A stretch of DNA of 64,000 bases, from assembly GCA_965204725.1 (NCBI GenBank), contig OZ242005.1:2496001-2560000 (forward strand), read 5' to 3'. Position 1 is the stretch's first letter. Every line of letters begins with the position of its first letter. Positions 10,155-19,289 of the stretch are shown here, in pieces. This DNA is from Candidatus Latescibacterota bacterium. Its GTDB lineage: Bacteria; Latescibacterota; UBA2968; UBA8231. Made by a program: the position numbers and the translations under genes. The notes beneath the pieces are model-generated. The model was not told the DNA's origin. It ran no database searches and was given only the letters and a program-made list of their open reading frames with translations.

Positions 10155-11685
10155 GATGCTCCTAACACTAGCGGCGCTTGGCGTCCCAGCGGCAGCGCAG
10201 CCCGAATTATTCTTTGCCGCGGGCGTCGATAGCACCGGCTGGGCGCAGGCGCAAAGCAATGCCGACGGCCATGTGCTGATTGAATCGCCGCAGTACCAAC
10301 GGGGTCTGTGGCTGCACTTGGTCGATGACGCGGGAGACGCGCTCGTCGGCCTTCAGGTCGAATACCAAGAGCGTCCCGACCGCTTGGTGGCGATTCGCTG
10401 CGTCGATCCGGCCAGAAAGGTGCGGGAGACGCTAATTTGGACTCGACCCGAAGGCGATGCCCTCCGCTTGACGCTCAAGCCGAAAGAAGGCGGCGACCTG
10501 CCAGCGGGGCTAGCGTCCATAGACTGGCAAATCGACCCGAGTGTTGAATCGCTGCTCGATCCAGTGGAAGAGACCCGGCTGATCGGCTGGGAAGCGGTGG
10601 GGGCATTTCTGCGGGAACGCTGGCAGAATCAAGCCGGACGAGTGGCGGTGCAGTTCAATGCCCGTACCTTGGCGATTGAGGTGGATCACCCGGAGAGCGC
10701 AGAGACGCTGGTGGCACACCTGCAACAGGCACAGCAGCCAGCCGAGGCCGCGCTCGGAGCAATCAGCCCCTTGAAAATGCAAATGCAGATATTTGCGGGG
10801 AATCTTGGTCTGCAAGAAGGCGTCATCCTCGACGTCTCTTTATTCGATGACCCGAATCTGGAGCGTATGGTGAGAGCAGCACTAGGCCGACCGCAAGGCC
10901 CTTTTACACCAGAGGATTTTGCTACGCTGACCGAGCTTGGACCTGGCGGGCAAGATATTCGTAGTTTGGCGGGTATCGAGTACTTTGCGGCCCTGCTAAC
11001 GCTGGATTTACACCGCAACCAGATTACTGACCTGACCCCACTAAACCAACTAAAAAACCTGATGCGGCTATGGCTGGGCCGAAACCAGATTGACGACCTG
11101 ACCCCACTAAACCAATTGAAAAACCTGAATGCGCTAAATCTGTGGGGCAATCAGATCGTTGATCTGACTCCAATTAGCCAATTAAAAAACCTGCAAGACC
11201 TAGATCTAGACGACAACCAGATTGTTGACCTGACCCCAATCAGCCAATTGAAAAACCTAGATACGCTAGCCCTGGGCCGAAACCAGATTGTTGACCTGAC
11301 CCCACTAAACCAACTAAAAAACCTGAATGCGCTATGGCTGTACAGCAATCAGATCGTTGATCTGACTCCAATTAGCCAATTAAAAAACCTGAATACGCTA
11401 GTCCTGAGCCGAAACCAGATTGTTGACCTGACCCCACTAAACCAATTAAAAAACCTGAATAGGCTATTCCTGAGCTACAACCAGATTGTTGACCTGACCC
11501 CACTAAACCAATTAAAAAACCTGCAATACCTAGGTCTAGAAGACAACCAGATTGTTGACCTGACCCCGATAAGCCAACTAAAAAACCTGAATAGGCTATA
11601 TCTGTACGACAACCCCCTCAGCGACCAAGCCCTAACCGAACAGATCCCCGCCCTAGAGGCAAGGGGCGTCACCGTCTCCTACTAA
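10129..11685 (+). CDS. Secreted LRR protein paralog (~10 repeats)
   Basis: Start assigned by identity with the 8336 start context; same architecture. Confidence 0.85.
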   Translation: MYLSILRLGMLLTLAALGVPAAAQPELFFAAGVDSTGWAQAQSNADGHVLIESPQYQRGLWLHLVDDAGDALVGLQVEYQERPDRLVAIRCVDPARKVRETLIWTRPEGDALRLTLKPKEGGDLPAGLASIDWQIDPSVESLLDPVEETRLIGWEAVGAFLRERWQNQAGRVAVQFNARTLAIEVDHPESAETLVAHLQQAQQPAEAALGAISPLKMQMQIFAGNLGLQEGVILDVSLFDDPNLERMVRAALGRPQGPFTPEDFATLTELGPGGQDIRSLAGIEYFAALLTLDLHRNQITDLTPLNQLKNLMRLWLGRNQIDDLTPLNQLKNLNALNLWGNQIVDLTPISQLKNLQDLDLDDNQIVDLTPISQLKNLDTLALGRNQIVDLTPLNQLKNLNALWLYSNQIVDLTPISQLKNLNTLVLSRNQIVDLTPLNQLKNLNRLFLSYNQIVDLTPLNQLKNLQYLGLEDNQIVDLTPISQLKNLNRLYLYDNPLSDQALTEQIPALEARGVTVSY

Positions 11686-11722
11686 CCCCCCATCCGTCCC
11701 CCTTCACCGAAAGGCCCCCACC

Positions 11723-14029
11723 ATGAAAGCCCAACTCACCCTCCTCCTCGCCCTACTGGCCCCCCTCCCCGCCCTCAGCATCGGCTACGTGTACACCGGC
11801 GTGGGCGACGACGGCCGCCAGAACCTCGAACTGACCTCGGTCACCGTCGAGGTGCAGATCGACGAGCGCATCGCCCGCACGCGCACCGACCAGATCTTCA
11901 CCAATCACGCCGAATGGGAGGTGGAAGGCATCTACGAATTCACCTTGCCCGAAGGGGCCATCATCACCGATCTGGTGCTGTGGATCGACGACAAGCGGAT
12001 ACAGGGGCTCATCCTCGAAAAGGAAGAGGCGCGTCAGACGTATGACGCCATCGTGGCCCAGCGCATCGACCCGGCCCTAATTGAGCAGTTGGCCCCCAAC
12101 CAATTTCGCCTGAGCATCTTCCCCTTTCCGGCCAACGGCAGCCGCCGCGTCGAATTCGAGTACATGCAGCTCCTCGAAGCCCGCAGCGGCCGCCTCAACT
12201 ACACCTTCCCGCTCGCCCCCGAGACCGACCAACCCCTGCAAATGGAGCTATTCGTGCTGCGCGCCCAAGTGCGTAGCCAGCACGCCTTTGAGGCGACGAC
12301 CTCGGGCCTGCCGCGGCTCACCGAGATAAACCGGCCCGACGCGCACCACGCCAACATCTTCTTCGGCGACGAGCAGATCAGGCCCCGCGAGGACTTCACC
12401 CTGACCATCCGCCAGACGGACGACGAGCCCAAGCCCACCGTGCTCAGCTTCGCGCCGCAAGGCAACGACTCCTTGGGCTACTACGCCCTGTGGCTGCCGC
12501 CCCTGCCCGAGTTGACCCAAGGCGACCCCTTGCCGCAAAGCCTGACCTTTGTCATCGACATCTCGTCGAGCATGCAGCAGGGCAAGCTCCAAGCCGTCAA
12601 AGGCGCACTCGCCGCGGCCATTGACGAGCTAGACGCAACGGATTTGTTCAACATCGTCGTCTTCTCCCACCGGGCCGACTCCTTTGCCGCGGCCCCGGTG
12701 CCCGCCGATCCGGCCAACAAGAAGGCGGCCACGGCCTTCATCAACCAGCAAGACGCGCTCGGCGTGAGCAATTTTGAGGCGGGCTTGGGCCGCGCCATGC
12801 AGCAAGCCTTCCCCGCCAGCCGGGTCAATCACGTCATCTTCCTCACCGACGGCCTGCCCACCCTCGGCGAAGTTGAGTTGGAACCCTTGAGTGAGCTGGT
12901 GGGCCAGTGGGCCGCCGACCGAGCGCGCCTTTTCACCATCGGCGTGGGGCGGGACGTGGACCGAGGTTTTTTGACCGGCTTGGCCGAGGAGCAGCGCGGC
13001 GAGGCGTACTTCCTCTCGGAAGAAGGCGATATTGAAGCCGCGCTCCAAGAACTGTTTGAGTCCTTGGTCTTTCCCGTCTTGCTGCTCGACGAGCTGCGCT
13101 TCGACCCAGTGGAAATCCACGACGTCCACCCGCGCGGGGTGGAGGCCCTAGCGGCCGGCCGCGAGTTGTTCCAAGTGGGCCGCTATCGGGGCGGCGGGGC
13201 CCTTACGTTGAACTTGACCGGCCACGTGGGCGACGAGACGGTGAGCTTGGACTTCCCGCTGGAGTTCACCCAGACCGATGTCTCAGGCACCTTGATTCCC
13301 CGGCTGTGGGCCTACCAGAAGGTGCAGGCCCTCGAAGGGCAGATCGCCCGCTTTGGCGAGCAACAGGAACTGCTCGACGACATCCTAACGCTGGGCCTAG
13401 ACTATCGGTTGGTGACGCGGCGCACCTCCCTGTTTGCCCCGGACGACGGCGTCGAGGTCAATCCCGAACCACGCGAGGGAGAGTTGGCTTTTGATCCCGG
13501 CGACCTTTTTGGATCGACCGACATCAACGACGCCCGCCCGACGACCCATTGGTTGGGCCGCGACTTTATGCTGCAAGACGAAGTGTGGATTGACCTAGCG
13601 TATCAGCCGAGCATGCCCAAGGAGCTATACGAAGGCCGCGCCTATCAGCCGGCCGAGCTAGCCAACTTTGCCCGGTTGGGCGAAGCCATGCTGGTGGTCG
13701 TGGAAGAGCGGGCCTACGAGATCCGCCCGAATGCCCAAGGCAGCCGGCCGGTGCTCCTCCAGAACGCCCCCAACCCCTTCAACGCCTCCACGGCGATCTC
13801 CTTCCTGATACCGTTCCGCCTAGCGGACGAGGCGATCCACCTGAGCATCTACAACTTGGCCGGCCAAGTCGTGCGCGTACTACAGCCCGATACGCAGCAG
13901 GCCGGCGAGCATCGCCTGAGTTGGGATGGCCGCGACGAGCAAGGCCGCGAAGTGGCTAGCGGGGTGTATATCTATCGGCTGAATGTGGGAGGGTGGGCCG
14001 TGCATCGGCGCATGGTGCTGCTGCGCTGA
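11723..14029 (+). CDS. Secreted VIT + vWA domain protein with C-terminal FlgD-Ig/Por-like domain
   Basis: VIT (EGIYEFTLP), MIDAS DISSS and TDG, C-terminal LLQNAPNPFN...IYNLAGQVVR...WDGRD...VASGVYIYRL. Confidence 0.85.
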   Translation: MKAQLTLLLALLAPLPALSIGYVYTGVGDDGRQNLELTSVTVEVQIDERIARTRTDQIFTNHAEWEVEGIYEFTLPEGAIITDLVLWIDDKRIQGLILEKEEARQTYDAIVAQRIDPALIEQLAPNQFRLSIFPFPANGSRRVEFEYMQLLEARSGRLNYTFPLAPETDQPLQMELFVLRAQVRSQHAFEATTSGLPRLTEINRPDAHHANIFFGDEQIRPREDFTLTIRQTDDEPKPTVLSFAPQGNDSLGYYALWLPPLPELTQGDPLPQSLTFVIDISSSMQQGKLQAVKGALAAAIDELDATDLFNIVVFSHRADSFAAAPVPADPANKKAATAFINQQDALGVSNFEAGLGRAMQQAFPASRVNHVIFLTDGLPTLGEVELEPLSELVGQWAADRARLFTIGVGRDVDRGFLTGLAEEQRGEAYFLSEEGDIEAALQELFESLVFPVLLLDELRFDPVEIHDVHPRGVEALAAGRELFQVGRYRGGGALTLNLTGHVGDETVSLDFPLEFTQTDVSGTLIPRLWAYQKVQALEGQIARFGEQQELLDDILTLGLDYRLVTRRTSLFAPDDGVEVNPEPREGELAFDPGDLFGSTDINDARPTTHWLGRDFMLQDEVWIDLAYQPSMPKELYEGRAYQPAELANFARLGEAMLVVVEERAYEIRPNAQGSRPVLLQNAPNPFNASTAISFLIPFRLADEAIHLSIYNLAGQVVRVLQPDTQQAGEHRLSWDGRDEQGREVASGVYIYRLNVGGWAVHRRMVLLR

Positions 14030-14065
14030 GGGGGTGTGCTTGGCGGCAAGCTGGCGGCTGGCCTC

Positions 14066-15121
14066 TTAGTCCACCACGGGGTTTTCCAAATAAGCCAAGA
14101 GCAACCGCGCCGTGTTGACGATGCCGTCCCACGCGCAGATTTCGTATCCGTGCGTGTTGTCGCCGGGATAGCCAATCAGCGCAGCGCGCGCAATGGCACC
14201 GGACGTTTTGGCAATGGACGAGTCGCTGGAGTACGACGTGAGGACGGCCGTTTGGATGCCGAACCCGGCGGCCGCGGCTAGGGCGTCAAAGCGGTCGATG
14301 ATGCGGGCGTCGTACAGGCCGCGGCTGTCGCAGACGCCGATGATGGGGTCGCGGCTGTTGGCCGTGCCATACTCAGCCGCGACCGGCGCAATGTCGATGG
14401 CAACAGCCGCGTCAACCGGCAGCCGCCCGAGCGCGTAGAGCGCGCCGTGCCCGCCGATTTCCTCGCTGGAACTGGCCACGAGATATACGTCTTGGGCCGG
14501 TCGGTTCGCCCGCAAGTGTAGGCCCGCTTCGAGCATGGCCGCCAAGCCGGCGCGGCAATCGAGGTTGTAGCCGCAGACGCAATCGCCCAGCCGCCAGAGA
14601 GCCTTGTGCCTACCGGCGATGACCACCCGAGTGCCGGCGCGGATCCCGCGCTGGGCCAACTCCTCGGCCGAGAGCCTCGTTTCAACCCACATCTGTTCCC
14701 ATTTGAGGGGATGGCTGTCTTTGAGCCGCCCGGCCGGGCTCTCGGTGGAGACGTGCTTGGCGCCGGTGGAGAGTACGCCCGGGCAGAGACCGTCTCGCGC
14801 CATGATCTCGACCGGGCTTTCTCCGAGTGCCCAAGGGTGCAAGCCGCCCAAGGGCTGCACTCGGATTTTGCCGTCGGATTCAACGCGCTTGACGATGAGG
14901 GCGATCTCGTCCTTGTGGGCGACGGCGGCCACGGGCTGATCGTGGCGTTGGCCCTTGACGTGGATGATGATGTTGTCGGCCGCGTCCTGCCAGACGGCGT
15001 CGCCGATGGGGGCGGCGAGCTCGGTGACGAGGGCATCCATAGCGGCTTCCGCACCCGAAGGCGCGTGCGCGGCAATCAGTTGCTCGACAAAGCCGTAGAG
15101 GCGTTGGGCATCAATGGTCAT
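14066..15121 (-). CDS. M42 family metallo-aminopeptidase
   Basis: PSG.E, AHKDE, LDCR, EEIG, D and HGYE metal-ligand pattern. Confidence 0.8.
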   Translation of the reverse strand: MTIDAQRLYGFVEQLIAAHAPSGAEAAMDALVTELAAPIGDAVWQDAADNIIIHVKGQRHDQPVAAVAHKDEIALIVKRVESDGKIRVQPLGGLHPWALGESPVEIMARDGLCPGVLSTGAKHVSTESPAGRLKDSHPLKWEQMWVETRLSAEELAQRGIRAGTRVVIAGRHKALWRLGDCVCGYNLDCRAGLAAMLEAGLHLRANRPAQDVYLVASSSEEIGGHGALYALGRLPVDAAVAIDIAPVAAEYGTANSRDPIIGVCDSRGLYDARIIDRFDALAAAAGFGIQTAVLTSYSSDSSIAKTSGAIARAALIGYPGDNTHGYEICAWDGIVNTARLLLAYLENPVVD

Positions 15122-15125
15122 CGGG

Positions 15126-15935
15126 TCATTCTGCTTCCAGAACGTCCGGATCTAGCTGATACCAAAACACCGTGCCGGATTCAATGAGGTCCTGTATCCG
15201 ATCATCGCAGCGCAGACCGGCGACGGCGGGGTATGCCCGCCTATCTGTGAACTGGGTCAGTAACTTGGCGTTGCGCATGGCTCGATGGGTATCCCGTCCA
15301 TTGGCGGTGAAGGAGATTTCTACGGCAATGTAACAAAGGTCGCCATCGGAGTCGGTGGCCTCCATAATCAGGTCGGCCCGGCGGTAGCTCTTCAACTCGT
15401 TTGCGGGAATGGTCGACGTGTTGGCATGGTCGGTCAGCGTCCACAGATCATCTTGCGTGAGGTTTTTCGTCCGCCGCAGGCCCATTTCCCTAGCGATGGT
15501 AGTGGCTTCTCTGAGCGCGGCGGTGCGGGCGTGACCGCCTTTGAGTATGCCGACATCATTTTGGATAGACCTCACTTGGGTTTTGAGGGTGCTGACGTCT
15601 TCTTTCAGGGTGCTAACGTCTTCTTTGAGGGTGCTAACGTCTTTTTTCAGCGTACTGACATCTTTTTTCAGCGTACTGACGTCTTCTTGGATAACCTCTA
15701 CTTTGGTTTCAAGGGCATCGAGACGTCGGTTCGTGGCCTCGACGAAGCTGTGTATCTCGGCGACGAAGTTGTGCATCTCAGCGACGAAGCTGTGCATCTC
15801 GGCGACGAACTGAGTGAACTTTTTGGGCAGTTCGATCAATTCGCGCGACAGCAGCCGAGTGTTCAGGGCCTCAACCCAATCGGGGTTTTCGTCCAGTACG
15901 CGAAGCAAGTCTTCCATGGTATGGATCGTGGTCAT
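15126..15935 (-). CDS. Coiled-coil protein with C-terminal PD-(D/E)xK-like domain
   Basis: Heptad repeats FVAEMHS and TLK(K/E)DVS, followed by ADLIM...YIAVEISFT. Confidence 0.65.
   Translation of the reverse strand: MTTIHTMEDLLRVLDENPDWVEALNTRLLSRELIELPKKFTQFVAEMHSFVAEMHNFVAEIHSFVEATNRRLDALETKVEVIQEDVSTLKKDVSTLKKDVSTLKEDVSTLKEDVSTLKTQVRSIQNDVGILKGGHARTAALREATTIAREMGLRRTKNLTQDDLWTLTDHANTSTIPANELKSYRRADLIMEATDSDGDLCYIAVEISFTANGRDTHRAMRNAKLLTQFTDRRAYPAVAGLRCDDRIQDLIESGTVFWYQLDPDVLEAE
15582..15686. repeat. 21-bp tandem repeat x5 (coding heptad)
   Basis: Units such as tttgagggtgctgacgtcttc and tttcagcgtactgacgtcttc. Confidence 0.9.
15740..15809. repeat. 21-bp tandem repeat x3.3 (coding heptad)
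   Basis: Units such as cgacgaagctgtgcatctcgg. Confidence 0.9.
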
Positions 15936-16129
15936 AGCTTTTCCCTAGGTCTTTTAATTTTTGTCCGCATCAGAAATTCGCGGACCTATAAACGCTGCCT
16001 TTTGAGACATAGCCATTTTATTTGGCGTTTTGGAGCCAACGAATTGGTCAACTTAATCTATTATATAGGCAGGAAAGGCCCCGTCAAGCGCAAGACTCGG
16101 GCGCTCTCTTGGGCAGCGCAGAAAAGCGA

Positions 16130-16738
16130 TCAGGCCGAAGCGGCGAGCGACCCAATAACCTCTTCGGCCAGCCCGCGCAAGGTCTTTTGCAGCCGCAGGC
16201 GGCCCCGGTTGACGCGCGATTTGACCGTGCCTACGGGGCAATTAATGATCTTGGCGATTTCCTCGTACGAGAGCCCGTTCATATCGCGGAGGAGCACGGC
16301 GGCGCGAAATTCTGTGGGCAACCCCTCAATGGCATGGACGACGAGGGACTTGACGCGGTTGCCATCGGTCTGTTCGCCGGGCAGGGGGTCTTTGGCCACC
16401 GGTTCGTAAAAAGCGGCGGTCTGTTCGTCGTCACTGGGGCTGATCGGAATCCAATGCCAGCGCTTGCGGCGGCGCAGCTCGGTCTTGGCCAAGTTGCCGG
16501 CAATGGTGTAGAGCCAAGTGGAAACCTGTTCGATGGCTGGGTACTGGTGGCTGTGGCGCAGGCAGCGGAGAAAAGTCTCTTGGACGATATCCTCGGCCGT
16601 TTCCCTATCGCCGACAAAGCGATAGACGAAGTTGTACAGGGGTGTGCGGTAGCGTTTGACCAGTACGCCGAGGTGGCCTTGGTCCTCGGCGGCCCGCAGC
16701 AAAACTTCCCTATCTGTGAGCTCCTTCATTGCTTCCAT
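16130..16738 (-). CDS. ECF-family RNA polymerase sigma factor
   Basis: AEDIVQETF and STWLYTIAGN (region 2); GLSYEEIA...PVGTVKSRVNRGR (region 4); AAGGAG RBS. Confidence 0.92.
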   Translation of the reverse strand: MEAMKELTDREVLLRAAEDQGHLGVLVKRYRTPLYNFVYRFVGDRETAEDIVQETFLRCLRHSHQYPAIEQVSTWLYTIAGNLAKTELRRRKRWHWIPISPSDDEQTAAFYEPVAKDPLPGEQTDGNRVKSLVVHAIEGLPTEFRAAVLLRDMNGLSYEEIAKIINCPVGTVKSRVNRGRLRLQKTLRGLAEEVIGSLAASA

Positions 16739-16834
16739 GGTGCGCTCCTTTTCAGTGAAGTGCGCCGCTTGCTGAGGGCAAGACGACACAACTCAAGCGA
16801 TTATCGTCATGGCTATACGTCGTATTAAAACATT

Positions 16835-16850
16835 AGCAAAAACCGTGCCA
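16835..16850 (-). promoter_or_regulatory. Sigma54 (-24/-12) promoter for the ECF sigma gene
   Basis: Minus strand reads TGGCACG-GTTT-TTGCT, a full match to TGGCACG-N4-TTGCW, ~100 bp upstream of the start codon. Confidence 0.8.
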
Positions 16851-16925
16851 TTACTTTTTAGGTGAAAAAGTGCCTTTTGTCGCCCGTTTTTAGGGGGTAT
16901 TGGCAACAAAAAGCCGAATGCAGCA

Positions 16926-16958
16926 CTCAGAAATTTGAGGGTCCTCAGAAATCTGAGG
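16926..16958. promoter_or_regulatory. Tandem imperfect palindromes, candidate enhancer (UAS) sites
   Basis: CTCAGAAATTTGAGG and CTCAGAAATCTGAGG, 18 bp apart, ~75-110 bp upstream of the -24 box. Confidence 0.55.
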
Positions 16959-17039
16959 CGCGTCTTTTGACAGATACCGGGGCAAACAGTAGATTTCGCG
17001 CCGGTAAATTCGCGTAATTGCTCAAAACGGAGTGCGCTC

Positions 17040-17651
17040 GTGCAAGAGTTGGCCACGCGCTTGGAGGCATTGTGCCAAGCCAAGGGGGCCGAGAAGTTCT
17101 CGGCCGAAGAAATAGTCGAGCTGTTGGCAGACGGCGAAGAGGTAGCTTGGATCGTCGATCAAGTGCTGCCGGCAGCGGCTGAGGCCGATCGCCGCGAAAT
17201 GGGCCAAGTGCTGGCCGAGATCGCCGAGGCCGTGGCACCGGCTCCCGCCGCAGGCGAAGAGGAACCGGCTGCTGTGGAGGAGTTGGACTTGGCCCAGCTT
17301 CAGCAAGCTCTGCCGGCCGGGGTTGACGTGCAGCAGGTCGAGGACATGCTGCGCTCGCCGCAAGGGGCCTTGTTGGCCGATTTTAGTGCTTTTTGCCAAG
17401 AGCGCGGGTTCGAGGGCGAGCAAAGCGAAGCGGAGACGAACGACGCCATAAGGGAACTGCACGAAGAATGGCTACAGACGCCGCGCCCCGCGCTAGAAGG
17501 CAAAAAACCGGCCGCCGTGCTAGAGGGCGGTCGGCTCTTTCCCGGCAAGGTAGAGACCTTCCGCCGCCAAACCCCCAAGGTCGGTCGCAACGACCCATGC
17601 CCCTGCGGCAGCGGCAAGAAATTCAAAAGATGCTGCGGCAAGGCCGCTTGA
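17040..17651 (+). CDS. SEC-C motif protein
   Basis: C-terminal [21 protein letters not shown]; GTG start with GGAG RBS. Confidence 0.8.
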   Translation: MQELATRLEALCQAKGAEKFSAEEIVELLADGEEVAWIVDQVLPAAAEADRREMGQVLAEIAEAVAPAPAAGEEEPAAVEELDLAQLQQALPAGVDVQQVEDMLRSPQGALLADFSAFCQERGFEGEQSEAETNDAIRELHEEWLQTPRPALEGKKPAAVLEGGRLFPGKVETFRRQTPKVGRNDPCPCGSGKKFKRCCGKAA

Positions 17652-17652
17652 A

Positions 17653-18192
17653 ATGACCCAACTCTGCCCCTCTACGGCCATTGAAGGCGTTTATGTCGCC
17701 GCGCTACAATCGCACGGCGACGAGCGGGGCCGCTTTACCGAGGTGTATCGCCAAGAGTGGTTTCCCCAGCACTGGGACGCCTTGCAGTGGAACCGTTCGG
17801 ACTCGCAACAGGGCGTGTTGCGCGGCCTGCACTATCACCACCACCAAATTGACTACTGGCACTGCGGCATGGGCGCGTTGCGCGTCGGGCTGCTCGATCT
17901 GCGCCGCAGCTCGCCGACCCGCGGTCGGGGGCAGGTCCTCGAATTAGGTCAAGAGCTATTGCAGGGCGTCTTTATCCCGGCGGGGGTCGCGCACGGCTTT
18001 TACGCCGTTACCAACGCAATGCTTTTTTATTTAGTCGATGCTTACTACGACGGCACGGACGAGTGGGGAGTGGCTTGGGACGATCCCGATGGGGGATTGG
18101 ACTGGGGCATTGAGGGGACGCCGATCCTCTCGCCGCGAGATCGGGCGAATCCGCGACTGCGAGACATTCCCGCCGAGGATCTGCCGAGCTAG
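17653..18192 (+). CDS. rmlC: dTDP-4-dehydrorhamnose 3,5-epimerase family
   Basis: HGDERGRFTE, GVLRGLHYH, DLRRSSPT, IPAGVAHGF, WDDP, PILSPRD. Confidence 0.85.
   Translation: MTQLCPSTAIEGVYVAALQSHGDERGRFTEVYRQEWFPQHWDALQWNRSDSQQGVLRGLHYHHHQIDYWHCGMGALRVGLLDLRRSSPTRGRGQVLELGQELLQGVFIPAGVAHGFYAVTNAMLFYLVDAYYDGTDEWGVAWDDPDGGLDWGIEGTPILSPRDRANPRLRDIPAEDLPS
18111..18192 (+). repeat. Left copy of duplicated rmlC 3' end (att-like)
   Basis: 55/60 identity with 23204-23263 over the first 60 nt. Confidence 0.9.
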
Positions 18193-18419
18193 GATACGTT
18201 GTTCGACCGCCGAGTACTGATCCCTTATTGAAGTTCAAACCGCTCAATCTAACATAGATGATATGGTGGTATGGGAGTGGACGGAAATCTCCCATGTACC
18301 CTATTATTGAATAGATAATCTAAAGCGAATGAATCCGTTAGTTCGTGGGTGAAATTAGCCTGAATTGGCTGCCCGTGCTCATGCCGATGTGAGTACAAGG
18401 TTACAAAGGAGGTCCCCGA

Positions 18420-19289
18420 ATGATTGCAGAGACGAGCACCGTAGTCTATCGAGCCATCAGCTTGGGTGCAGGAGCCCAGAGTTCAGTCCTAGCACTTCTC
18501 TTGTCGCGGTCTGACCCTCGCTTGGTCGAACTTGGGTACCCCAAGCCGGACGTCGCTATATTCGCCGACACCGGATGGGAGCCGGACTATGTGTACCGTC
18601 ACTTGGACTGGCTTGAGGAGCAACTTGAGTATCCATTGCTTCGAGTGTCAGATGGCGACCTGAAGACCAACTTAAAAAAAGGACGCACGGTATCGAACCA
18701 TCGCTTTATCGATGTCCCTTTGTTTATGGTCAATCAGGATGGCAAGAAGGGCATGCTGCGACGACAATGCACCAACCACTACAAGATCAGACCTATCTAT
18801 CGTCGGATCAGGGAAGAGGCAGGTGGCCGGCGTGGCCGGCCATTCCCAAAGGGTGAACACGCCGAAATGTGGCTTGGGATTTCACTAGACGAGGTAGGCC
18901 GCATGAAGCCGAGTAGGGAATCTTGGGTTGAGCATCGCTGGCCGCTTGTGGATCTCGGCATGTCGCGCCGCGATTGCGTTGCGTGGTTCTCCGCTGAGTA
19001 TCCAGGCCGCCACTTGCCTCGATCGGCCTGTGTAATATGCCCGTACCGATCCGACGAACATTGGCTCGAACTAAAGAGGTCAGAACCAGCCAGTTACGAC
19101 GAAGCCGTAGAGTTCGACCGTTGGCTACGACGAAGCAAAAAGACGCCTGTACGCAAGCTGCTGAATGGCCGCCCATACCTTCACGCCGCACGGCGGCCTC
19201 TTAGCAGTATCATAGAAGAACGGGAGACGGAAGGCGCGAACGAGATCAACAACTTCAATAACGAGTGCGAGGGCCTCTGCGGTGTCTGA
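18420..19289 (+). CDS. PP-loop/PAPS-reductase-like adenine nucleotide alpha-hydrolase with Cys motifs
   Basis: ISLGAGAQSS PP-loop variant, IFADTGWEP, RRQCT..YKI.PI, WLGIS.DE..R, SACVICPY, C-terminal ECEGLCGV; AAGGAGG RBS. Confidence 0.75.
   Translation: MIAETSTVVYRAISLGAGAQSSVLALLLSRSDPRLVELGYPKPDVAIFADTGWEPDYVYRHLDWLEEQLEYPLLRVSDGDLKTNLKKGRTVSNHRFIDVPLFMVNQDGKKGMLRRQCTNHYKIRPIYRRIREEAGGRRGRPFPKGEHAEMWLGISLDEVGRMKPSRESWVEHRWPLVDLGMSRRDCVAWFSAEYPGRHLPRSACVICPYRSDEHWLELKRSEPASYDEAVEFDRWLRRSKKTPVRKLLNGRPYLHAARRPLSSIIEERETEGANEINNFNNECEGLCGV

Noticed and set aside
3700-11640. 66-bp periodic repeats as a CRISPR array
   Set aside because: They are in-frame LRR coding units with degenerate boundaries; no cas genes or unique spacers of CRISPR length.
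6734-11685. Diversity-generating retroelement acting on the LRR genes
   Set aside because: No reverse transcriptase in the window; framework adenines (AAC, AAA) are conserved and variation is not adenine-specific.
16022-16828. 268-aa + strand ORF and other long antisense ORFs (e.g. 2215-3645, 15285-16409, 55710-56540)
   Set aside because: Shadow ORFs opposite well-supported genes in high-GC DNA, with no motifs.
18420-19289. Calling this gene dndC, sspD or cysH
   Set aside because: It lacks SGGKDS, is much shorter than DndC, has a different Cys layout, and no Dnd/Ssp or sulfate-assimilation partners are adjacent.
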